Positions 1 through 10,330 of a stretch of 64,000 bases of DNA are shown here, in pieces. The stretch is from Blasia pusilla (lineage: Eukaryota), in NCBI GenBank assembly GCA_050084515.1, contig CM114271.1:43028001-43092000 (forward strand). Reading direction: 5' to 3'. Under the pieces are notes generated by a model. It ran no database searches. It was given only the letters and a program-made list of their open reading frames with translations, and was not told the DNA's origin. Position numbers and translations under genes: made by a program. Numbering within the stretch: the first letter of the stretch is position 1; each line of letters opens with the position of its first letter.

Positions 1-1437
1 CACCGTACTATGCGCTAGAGGTACATCAACCAAAAACCTGAGATGCATAAAGCGCCTAACACATCTCCGAACAAAGACCAAATGAGCTACAATGATGCAG
101 CACCTGACACGGCATAGTTAAGAACTCGGCGATTAAGCCCCTCTAGGCAGAATAGCCCAAAGATGGGTGACCAGTTATGCAAAACTCAAATCCCAAATCC
201 TGCAAAAATTGCCTCACGCCCAAGCTTGCTTGCTTGCTCCTTGCTCCTTACTCCTTACTCCGCCTCTCACGCCCACTCGCCCCGAACTACCACGAGTTGC
301 CTCGAAGCCTCAAAATGCTCGAGACATGCCCCTATCGCCCTGTTCGCCATGCTTCGCTATGGAGAGAGGTCCAACCAGGGCGCCCCCAACGGGATAGGCG
401 TCTCCAAAAATGAACGAGTCACCAACCAACCAGCCCCTCCGATCCGCTGTCCACCATAGCCAGACCTTGAGCTAGTCCGCGAAATTTCGATCAGAAATTA
501 CTTCACAAATACGTGACCAAAATCAAATCTGTTTCGATCAAAATTCAATTGACCACCATAGCTATCTCCCCACAAAAACTCAACTACAACCGAGCTCCGT
601 ACTCCGAGCTAAAAATCAGACAAACTTGCTGTCCATACACCTCTAGAACCGCAAATCCGACAGCGCTTCCGCCAAGTTTCATGCACGCAGAAATCCGCAA
701 CGCTCCACGCACTCGAGCAGATGGCTTCACATGAGATCACAATACAAGTAGCAATAGGAACCTCTCACCCAATCTGGATGAACTTCAACAGAGCTTCCGC
801 ACTCCAAGCTCTCCACATCAGAAAACTGTCGAACACGACCAGAATCTTCAATGCTTGATAACTTCCAACTCCCTTGACGAAATCCGGCGATCTACAACGC
901 GTTGGAAAGCTCTCAGCAAGGCGCTTCTTTCCCAGCCAACCGCACACCAGATTCACACCTCCAAAATAGGCCACAAGCCACGAACATCCACGGCTGAGTA
1001 CACAATCAGCCCTAACCAGATCCTACTGATCTACAATCGAAGCTACCATCGATCTACTCCAGTTCTTTGAGTGAAATCCGTGAAAGACCTACTATCATAA
1101 AACACGTTTACAATCACATACAATCGAGCCAAACCCACTCCACGATGGGAGAATCTAGGTCGAAGCTTGCGGGAAACACCATAGCCAAGAGCTCTACTCA
1201 CTACCAAGGCTAACTCCCAACGCAACAGGCTCAACTCACAAAGAATCGATTGTTCTTTGAGGGCAAGCCACCTTATATCCTCCAACCTAAGAGCGGGCCC
1301 CACTGGGAAAGTCACCCCAAGTGAGTAACCCCAACCCTATGTATGGAACCGCATCTCTACCAAGCCACTACGGTCCTACATAAGGAATGGCCTCTACCAG
1401 CACTATACTCTACGACATAATCCGTATGGTCATGACA
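1..1437 (-). mobile_element. 5' end (repeat B, PBS, 5' leader) of copy 2 of the DNMT-carrying Gypsy element; continues off the left edge of the window
   Basis: 1-1437 is a same-orientation homolog of 10747-12161. On the minus strand it starts TGTCATGACC at 1437; B ends GATTTCA at 1072 and is followed by CTCAAAGAACT. Confidence 0.9.
1072..1437 (-). repeat. LTR-like repeat B (about 366 bp, TG...CA)
   Basis: Near-identical reverse complement of 5767-6130 and homologous to 11794-12161; contains a TATA-like motif. Confidence 0.9.
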
Positions 1438-1690
1438 CATATTCTTCCTCGTGTACAAGCGTAAAATAGTTTGTAGGGATTTTATAGTTAGGAATTTTGG
1501 GGTCCGATGTTACGAAGAAGTGATCGCCTCGGCACTTCCATTTGTGATACCTGTCGTGAGAGAATGGAGAGTGTACATCATAATTTTGTATTGAAAAAGG
1601 AGAACTTATTAGAGAGTTCACCTTGCATCGGCCGCATCTACCGCAGCTAGAAGGCCCGCCCTTGTTCGAAGAAAGACTCTCGACACGACA
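1438..1690 (+). mobile_element. 3' part of inserted solo-LTR-like unit X
   Basis: Ends ...GACACGACA at 1690, the inverted counterpart of the TGTCGT start at 7166 (-). Starts with CATA, which matches the reverse complement of 6237-6240. Confidence 0.7.
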
Positions 1691-2380
1691 ACGCGAGTTG
1701 GCTTGCGTGCACATCGTCCACGCTTGTGGTGGACAAACTTGTTGCCTAGGGAGGTTCTACGTCGAGCATATGATGCAGTGCAGCGGGATCCTTGCCTTAC
1801 AGTGGATAGTATCTTGGATATTGGGCGACTTTCTCAAGTGGTGAGGGTTATTGATCGGTCATCCATGGCAGTGGTGAACCGTGTGGGCCAGCCTAGGATG
1901 GCACTACCCACATTTGTGAGTTTTCCCTCGTCACATGCCTACAGGGAAGGTGGTCTCGGGCTTGTATGGGATTCTCATGTGCGACTGTTGGTGGAGCCTC
2001 ACGCTGATGAGAGAGAGCGTGCGATGGGATTTGCTACTGGTGTGACAGCGGTTGCTTCCATTTCTGAGGCTTCACGACGTCATGTGTTGGGTCAAGCCAT
2101 GGACCTGAATTGTTTGACTTGGATTTTGAGTCTTGGTATGGCCGAGCAGCATCGACTTCGGACTATGTGTGTGGCTCTTCCACCCCTTGTGATGAGCTCG
2201 ATGGCTACCGGGACGGTAGAGGCATCGGCTGGGGGCGAAGAGAGTAGTATTTTGCATCCTTGGAGTAAATGGGATGTAATGGTTGGGCATGTGAAGTTGG
2301 TTGCTCATGCTGGTGGAGGAGTTATTTGCTCAGATGATGGTGTAGCTAAGGGTATACCATCTTGTGAGGGGGTTGCGTAG
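1691..2380 (+). pseudogene. C-terminal half of DNMT3-like C5 cytosine methyltransferase (motifs VIII-X) in Gypsy pol
   Basis: RVGLRAHRPRLWWTNL resembles DNMT3 AHRARYFWGNL; EPHADERERAMGF...RRHVLGQAMDL resembles motifs IX/X (ERIFGF...LLGRSW). Continues into RT. Confidence 0.8.
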
Positions 2381-2386
2381 CAGCCA

Positions 2387-3860
2387 ATGGCATCGTCCTC
2401 TCCCTCTAGTGTGCCAGTGGAGGAGACTTGGGAGCCATTACTTGGGCCCAAGCTTACGGGAGGTGAGAAACGACGCTTGATAAAATTCCTACGTGCTTAT
2501 AGGAGTTGTTTTGCCTTTAGCATGAAGGAGTTGGGTTCTCTGGTTGGACCCGGTATACGGATTGATTTGGCTAGTGATACGCCAATCTTCCGTCGTCCCT
2601 ACCGATATAGTGATATGGAGAGGGACCTGATTCAGAGTAGGACGTTGGACCTTTTGGAGGCTGGATTAGTGGAGTTCTCGCATGGAGAGTATGCATCGCC
2701 CCTTTGTCATGCTGCTAAAAGGATATGCATGGCAACTACACGGATAGGCGGATGTGTGGAGATTACCGTCCTATCAATCGGCAAACCAAGGCCGATAGGT
2801 ATGCCATGCCTACACTGAGGAGATCTTTGATGTGGTGGGACAGGCAAAGATTTTCAGTATTTTTGGATCTTTCGGGCAGATACCATCAATTGCCGATTCG
2901 GGAGAGTGACAAGGCCAAGACAGCATTTTGGGGTGTCAACTCTCATGGCAAGGATTGTTTGTACCAGTGGAAATTCTTACCCTTTGGGTTGAAGAATGCA
3001 CCTGCCGAGTTTCAGAGAGTGATGGACAGGATCCTAGGAGGGTTGGATTTTGTTCGGTGTTACATTGATGATATCTTGGTATTCACTAACACGGTGGAGG
3101 AGCATCAGATACATTTGCAGATTGTGTTTGAGCGGTTGAAAGCTCATGGTCTACGTTTGAATCCAAGAAAGTGTAAGTTCTTCCATGAGGATGTTGAGTA
3201 ATTGGGTCATTTGATCTATCCAAGTGCTTTGGGAGTTCAGCAAGCAAAGGTGGAGGCTATTGCACTTATTCCGCGTCCGGTAGATGTGAGTAGAGTTTGG
3301 GCATTCATGGGATTGGCAAACTACTATCGGAGGTATATGAAGGGATTTAGTGCTATGGCAAAGCCTTTGAACCAATTTCTGAAATCAGATCAAGAGTGGC
3401 ACTGGGAAGATGATCAAGAGAGAGCTTTTGTGGAGCTTAAGGCCCAGTTGGTGGCGGCGCCTATCTTGAGGAGACCTATCAGAGGGCGCCCATTTTAGTT
3501 ACACACTGATTGGAGTAGGTTGGGACTTGGAGCGGTGTTGACACAACATGATGATGAGCACATGGAGTTTGTGGTGGCCTATGCAAGTCGTTTGAATAAT
3601 GCAATGAGTCGCTATAGTTCATATGAGGGAGAGTGCTTGGCGAGAGTGTGGGTTGTGGCACACTTTAGGTGTTACTTGTTTGGCACACATTTTACCCTTG
3701 TTCTTGATCACCGGCCGCTCAAGTGGTTGATGGAGTCCGACAAGCTTACATGGAAGCTTGCACGGTGGGTTCTTATCTTACAGAGTATGACTTCCGGGTG
3801 GTACATAGACCGGAGTTGCCAACCTTGATCTTTGATGGGTTGAGTAGGAACCCATATACT
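2387..3860 (+). pseudogene. Ty3/Gypsy reverse transcriptase and RNase H (frameshifts and stops)
   Basis: PIFRRPYR, RMCGDYRPIN, YHQLPIRESDKAKTAF, LPFGLKNAPAEFQR, YIDD at 3061, HTDWSRLGLGAVL, YEGECLA, DHRPLKWL, DGLSR. Confidence 0.95.
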
Positions 3861-4249
3861 AGCCAAGAGGATGCAATCGGGGCTAGATGGCATGGCGAGG
3901 TTGATGAGGAGATGGTGCCACGTTGGCATACATCCGCCTTTTTATGTTGGTTAGGGGTGGATTCTAGTATGGAGGACCACATGACATCTTACTCTAGTCT
4001 GAGGGTAGATGGCCACCTTGGATCGTAAGGTTGGAGATGGAGGCAGATCATCGTGATATTCATGATGATGCATTGGTGTTGGAGTTCCTACGGACCAGTA
4101 GGGTGCCAGGCATAGTGAGTGCCAAGGAGCGAGACCGTGTTCTTCAACATGCTAAGAGGTATCGATTGGAGGCAACACATATTCTCTGTGTGTGGGAGGA
4201 TGGTAGAGTACGAGTAGTGCCGCATTTGGCTCAGAGAGAGCGCATTGTG

Positions 4250-5140
4250 TGACATGCCCATGAGGAGTTGGGACATTTTGGGGTAAAGCATACGTATAGC
4301 TTACTCCTTGGTCAGTATTGGTGGCATGGCATGCATACTCAGGTGCAGCAGTTGGTGTCACGTTATATGGTTTGTGACTGGGTGAGGGCATCATTCAATG
4401 CCCCTACACCACAGTTACACCCCTTGCCTATTATGGGGTTGGGTTACCGTTGGAGTGTGGACTTTGCGGGACCGTTACCGTTGACTGTACGACATCATGG
4501 ATATGTGTTGGTGATGGTGGAGCACTTCTCCAAGTGGATTGAGTTGGTGGGATTACCTGACAAGGCAAGTGAGGGAACGGCGTACGCGTTTCTTGATAGA
4601 GTGCTTAGTCATTTTGGTGCACCACCAAGTGAAGTCTCGACCGACAGGGTAGAGAGTTTCAGGGTGAGTTTGGTCTTGTGTGACAAGGCGTTGATTGATC
4701 ATCGGACCACGCCTCGAGATCATCCAGAGGCGATGGTTTGGCCGAGCGTGTGGTTGGGACGGTGAAGAGGGCATTGCGCAAGTATGGCCTCTGAAGGGGC
4801 ATCTTGGAGACAGGATATTCAATTGCCATGGTTAGCCATGGGGTATAGGTTCATCGCCAAGCATCCTTGGCTTCCTTCTCACCTTATTTTTCATTATACG
4901 GCCGAGATCCGGACTTGCCGCAGCAAGAATTGGGGAGTCTAGTGAGGTGGTGAACCTTGATGACCCGAGAGATGTGGATGAGGGTGTGTTCTCGCCGGGC
5001 GGAGCTCTTTCGAGAGTTATGCCAACGACCTTTGAGAATCTTGCCATTGCTCAACACAGGGATACGTTGCGGTATGCAACCATTCGTGGAGGTTATCGAC
5101 CATCGATTCGTAGGTTCCATGTGGGGACTATGTCTATTTG
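4250..5140 (+). pseudogene. DDE integrase (HHCC zinc finger and rve core), degraded
   Basis: HEELGHFG...CDW, WSVDFAGPLP, VEHFSKW, STDR, HPEA..GLAER. Confidence 0.9.
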
Positions 5141-5344
5141 TAGCGATTGCCCGACAACGTTGGATGTGACGGCAGCCGCACTATTTTACGAGTGCGTGAG
5201 GTGTTAGCTTCTGGAGTTCTCATGTTGGAGGGTCGTGATGGAGTTGTTTGGAAGGACCATGTGCGTAATTGTGCGCCATGTCATCTTCCAAATGTGGATG
5301 GTACTGTTGACCCAAGCTTAGCCATGATACGTGCTAGCTTGAGG

Positions 5345-5485
5345 TGCATGTTGTGTGGGTCTGCTGGTAACGTAGCCCGTATGTTGGTGTGTGATCGGTG
5401 TTCTAGGGGTTGGCACATGATGTGTTTGACTCCACGTTTGGATGTTGTTCCTATTGGAAGGTGGTTTTGTCCTCGATGTACTTAG
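5345..5485 (+). pseudogene. PHD finger (C4HC3) at the C-terminus of the integrase
   Basis: CMLCGSAGNVARMLVCDRCSRGWHMMCLTPRLDVVPIGRWFCPRCT followed by stop. Confidence 0.9.
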
Positions 5486-5647
5486 GAGAGGTAGATGACT
5501 TGATCTTTGCATGATATGGATTACAGATGTGCGACTAACGATGGGGCAACCTAGCACCCGTCCTTCTGATTCGTACACCCAAGAAGGTGTATAGCATGTA
5601 GTAGATGTATAGGGCTACCTGGGAGTTAGAGGGACCTAACCGCTTGT

Positions 5648-5660
5648 TAGGGGGGCGAGT
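5648..5660 (+). promoter_or_regulatory. Polypurine tract of the DNMT-Gypsy element
   Basis: TAGGGGGGCGAGT directly before TGTGGTAC at 5661. Confidence 0.75.
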
Positions 5661-6236
5661 TGTGGTACACTTGCGTTTATGGATACTCTCGTCTATGTTA
5701 TGTATATATGTGAGTATGGTATGTCAGCGATGTATGTTGTATGACGATGGGGATTCGCACGACAGCTGTCGTGACCATACGGATTATGTCGTAGAGTATA
5801 GTGCTGGTAGAGGCCATTCCTTATGTAGGACCGTAGTGGCTTGGTAGAGATGCGGTTCCATACATAGGGTTGGGGTTACTCACTTGGGGTGACTTTCCAA
5901 GAGGGCCCGCTCTTAGGTTGGAGGATATAAGGTGGCTTGCCCTCAAAGAACAAATGAGTTCTTTGAGTTGAGCCTGTTGCGTTGGGAGTTAGCCTTGGTA
6001 GTGAGTAGAGCTCTTGGCTATGGTGTTTCCCGCAAGCTTCGACCTATATTCTCCCATCGTGGAGTGGGTTTGGCTCGATTGTATGTGATTGTAAACGTGT
6101 TTTATGATAGTAGGTCTTTTACGGATTTCAATTGTGGTACACTTGCGTTTGTGGATACTCTCGTCTATGTTATGTATGTATGTGAGTATGGTATGTCAGC
6201 GATGTATGTTGTATGACGATGGGGATTCGCACGACA
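5661..6236 (+). repeat. 3' terminal A-B-A split repeat (A1 5661-5764, B 5767-6130, A2 6133-6236)
   Basis: A1 and A2 are 104-bp direct repeats with 2 mismatches. Junctions are CA-GC-TG and CA-AT-TG; B matches the 5' repeats. Confidence 0.92.
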
Positions 6237-7166
6237 TATGTGACAATAGGAAGAATCACGGGAGTTGGAGATTGCATGACATGGTTCATGAACGCCTCCC
6301 CAAAGTGATAAACTAAATAGCGAGTGAACCAGTGCCTATCTACAAAGAGTACCTTGACATGGTAAGGATTGAGGAAAGGAAAGTCGGGCACAGCTCGTGC
6401 TCCACCCCTATCCATGCTTGACACACATTCTCTACTCTCCTCAAGAATGGGTTTTGGCGGAGTTATTCTCCCAAGAGGGATAATCCACTCTCATTGGGGA
6501 AGTAACAAGCCAAAACATCCGCTATTTTAGTATGACTAAACTCCTATACGGTGACAAACCTCTCATCCCCACACACACACACCACACTCTAGAAATCTCT
6601 CGAAGAATAGACCATGGTCAAGTTACACTCCCAAGAGGGGTGATCCACTCTCATTGGAAGAGCAAGCAATCCCAAAGCCATACACTCAAGAGAGACACGA
6701 GAGACTCAAGATGTGGAATAGAAGGTGATGAACCCTTGAAGGTCCCTCCTCTTTATATACTCACAAGGGATCCACAAGAGTACGAAATAGAGCTTATCTT
6801 ATCTTGTGCCACATGGCTTCCTCTCAAGGCTTAGCCAATCACATTTTGACACAAGTAGATTTCCTCTTATCTCTTCCAAAATAGCCTCTTTTACCCACTT
6901 GATATTTTCCTAACTACCCCAACTAACCTAGCCACCAACCAAGACTACTTTTGCTTTTCATTAAAGCAACTACTTTACTTTTATAAAGTCATTTTTTATT
7001 TATTACCTCCTTTTCCTAAAGTTGGGCCCGCATAAAAGAGGCACCATAAAGAGGTTTAAACATAAGAATCTCCTTTTTCTAAGCCAATTTACTTAATACT
7101 AATGAAACTCTATCTAACACTTAATGACGAAGGAGTTTACACACTGGTTGATTTTACTATACGACA
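6237..7166 (-). mobile_element. 5' part of inserted solo-LTR-like unit X
   Basis: Starts TGTCGTATAG at 7166 (-), has TATATAAAG near 6755, non-coding. Joins 1438-1690 through the shared CATA. Confidence 0.7.
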
Positions 7167-7690
7167 GCGCTGCATCCAACAACACCGCTGGTCCAATCCA
7201 AGATCGCACCTCATGAACAATTGCCATCATCCGGGTCCGAGTGTGACCCAACAATGGAACATTCTCCAGAATGTAAGCTAGAGCATGTGCTTGATGAACC
7301 TGAAGATGTCGTAACACCCGTAACATCTCCCAAAACAATCGAGACCTAGGGTCGTGTAATCCCTCACCATGACCAGGATGTATATGACCCTCACATGGCC
7401 ATCCAACAATCACCAAATCCACAAGACCAACACTCTCAAGGTCCTGCGCCCCCAACAATACAATGTGTGACGGAAAAGCACGTTGGTACCCACGAATAGG
7501 TGATGGCGGCAACAACTGATGATATCTCCGCATCAACTGACCAATATGTCGAGATGAGACTCCGGGCCGTCTCATCTCACTCCATATACACGTATCTCTG
7601 CACAAGAATACCGGCCTGCAACACTACAGCCAAACCAGTGCTAATCCCACCAAAGAGATCTAACACACAAATGCCCTCCGGCGGATACTG
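7167..7690 (-). pseudogene. N-terminal half of DNMT3-like cytosine methyltransferase (motifs I, IV, VI)
   Basis: CVLDLFGGISTGLAVVLQAGILVQRYVYME (motif I/II), VDLVIVGWPCEG (catalytic PC), GLHDPRSRLFWEMLRVL, YILENV, PAVLLDAA. One stop near 7577 and a frameshift. Confidence 0.9.
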
Positions 7691-8104
7691 CCACATAATG
7701 GGTGTAGTATCTAAAGGGGATAACCCAACTGGACCAGAAGTAGAAGTCCGCCGTGGGACCTCCTCTTCCTCGTGAGGTATAACAGCCTCACACCAAGCCT
7801 CCTCCACTAGGCGATCAGCCTCCTGCCGTAAACTCCAAAGTGGCACATCCAATGATGAGGATGCCACTACTGCAAAACTAGGGACCTCCTCTACCTCCTC
7901 ATGCACAGGAGAATCCATAACAGAAACATTACCCTCCAAAAAGTCTCCTAGCCAAGTGACTACTCCACTAAAACCAGCTACAGATGCTAACACTGTTGGG
8001 GAAGACCCTCCTGGTTGAGCCCCATAAATAAATCTCACAGGAACTTGGCTCATACGTCCATCCCCGGACTGCCAACCAGGTCTATAAGACGCTCTCTCAG
8101 TCCA

Positions 8105-8533
8105 CTAATCCATCTGAAAACCCATCGGGTACAATACTGCTCCTCCAACTAGTACATCATACGACTCGGCTGATGTGACTACCGGTGATACTCCCAACCG
8201 GGAGCTATCAGTCGCATGATCTGGTCTCAACTGTACAGAAAACTTCTCCCGTGTCATGAATTCAGACCTATCATTGGCTCCTCCAAGTGATGTTTGAATC
8301 TGGAATGGGCAAGGCTCAAGCTCTGACCTCCGAATACCCAAACCAATACATGCCGCCTTTCCCAACATCAAAGGCTGGGCACCTGAGTCTAACAAGACTC
8401 TATCTGGTCTATACACCTGTCCTGTAGGACTCACCAATCGGAATATCCCACTCCGGTTGTCCAACATACATACACCACGTGTAAGCCTCTCAAGATGAAT
8501 GGCTGGCCGGGCTGCTAATGCATCCATCTTCAC
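8105..8533 (-). pseudogene. Retroviral-type aspartic protease
   Basis: RVLLDSGAQPLML active site; YDVLVGGAVL. Confidence 0.85.
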
Positions 8534-10330
8534 CGCTGCTGCTTGCCAAGTAGCACTGCTACACCTGACATAGAGGGCCGCTCCACTGCAACACCCTCAT
8601 CCACCTCAACACGTGTAGCAGTAATACCCCCACATTCACACAACGTGGCTGCTAGCTGAAATACAGGAGCTAAGTCAACTCCTAAAGCCATTAGTTCCGT
8701 GGCCGAAAACAATGGGGATCCCAACACTGAAGTTGCCATCCGCAATACTGCATTGGATGTTGCATCTATGTCTACTACACGCGATGTAGATGCCTCAATC
8801 CCCACTATCGACTCAATAGGCTGCGTAGGAACCATGGATGGAGTCCTAAGCACCTCAGACAACAAGAATGACTGGGGAAGCCTAGCCTGCCTCCCAACCT
8901 CACCCCTCTGTGGGTCCAACTCCATAGTAGCATCATGTGGCTCTGACGCTTGAGTGGCTCCTCTCGTAACAGCAACTGATGCCTCAACCTGTGCTACACT
9001 CGCCATATAGAAGAGATCATCCCCTTCATAAGAGGTGGAAGCCCCTGCTCCCGAACCTGATCTATGCTGGATACCAGCCATAGTAGCCAACTTTTGCTCC
9101 AACTGCTCAATCCTGGCAACCATAGCTGACTCTGTCGTAGTGGTAGGGGTGGCCACCGTAGGCTCCCCAACCACTAGTCCACCTCTACCACCTCTATCAC
9201 CTTGGCCTCTCGGAGCTACTCCACCACGGCCGCGGCTTGATCTCAACTCTGGATGAAGATCAAAGCAACGCTCTCGAGGATGACCTGGTCTCCTGCAATG
9301 ATCACACTGAGTTGGGGCCGATTGAGGCCCATCCTCCAAAGTCCGTCTCCCATCCTCTTGGGGACAAAACTTCCTAACATGATCACCTCCACATGTCCAA
9401 CATGACATGTGGAGGTGATCATGTGAGGATGATTCACCCACATTCTCACCCACATAAGAGTAGCATCATGTACCCTTCGGCGCAACTCTCTGTCCAAGAT
9501 CCCATACCAAAATCGATCGCTCGAGCCTCGCCACACAGGTAATGAAATCAGCGTGCCGATACGAGTGTATGCCACACGAAGACTCTCACCTGTCTTTTGC
9601 TCAAATTCTTGAAGACTCCTCAACTTCTCTGTCTTCACTCCTGATAGTTCTTCTTCAACCTCTTGAAGAACTCTGCAACCGGGCTAAACGATGGTGGGCC
9701 ACTAGTACCTTCTCTAGTACCCCCACTGGTACCTCCATGGGTACCTCCACTGGTACCCCCACTCCGGCTCGTACTCGTACCACTCAACGTCGGGTTGGCT
9801 GGCATAGTAGGAGCACTACTACCAATACCACCATGGGTGATAGACACATAGCCCAGAGACCAATATTGTCTCCACGCCTCAATCTCAACAACATGGTCCT
9901 TCCTAAACTCATGGTAATCATCCATGGGTGGTCCCTCCAAGTGCTGAAACAACCCCTTCCAAGCCAAGAAGGATGTAAACAACGTGGCGTTCCGCAACAT
10001 CTGCATATCACACCACGTATCAAACTCTTGCATGAAGTCCTCCAACTCAATGGTGCCCACTGCACCCGAGTATCATCGTGGGCCCTTCATGGCCCCATAT
10101 ATCCCGTCCATGTCCCAAATCAATGGAGCTGCAACACTCGATAACAACGTAGAAGACTCGGTGTTTGGAACACCCTCGTCCTCCTCTTCATCAACCGTCG
10201 GAAGTGGAAAAGGAAGCCAATACCTAAATCCACTCCGTGTGAAACCACCACTATCCGCACCACGGTCCCCAACCAGACCACCAGACAGCTCCGTGATGAC
10301 CAAGGCCGATGCCGCAACACCACCAAATTA
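8530..10330 (-). pseudogene. gag with two zinc knuckles (degraded)
   Basis: LEDFMQEFDTWC..., LRSLQEFEQKTGESLRVAYTRI (retrotrans_gag-like QxxGES), CWTCGGDHVRKFC, CDHCRRPGHPRERC. Confidence 0.8.

Noticed and set aside
7114-8053. Host DNMT3/DRM gene
   Set aside because: Intronless and contiguous with protease and RT inside the retroelement.
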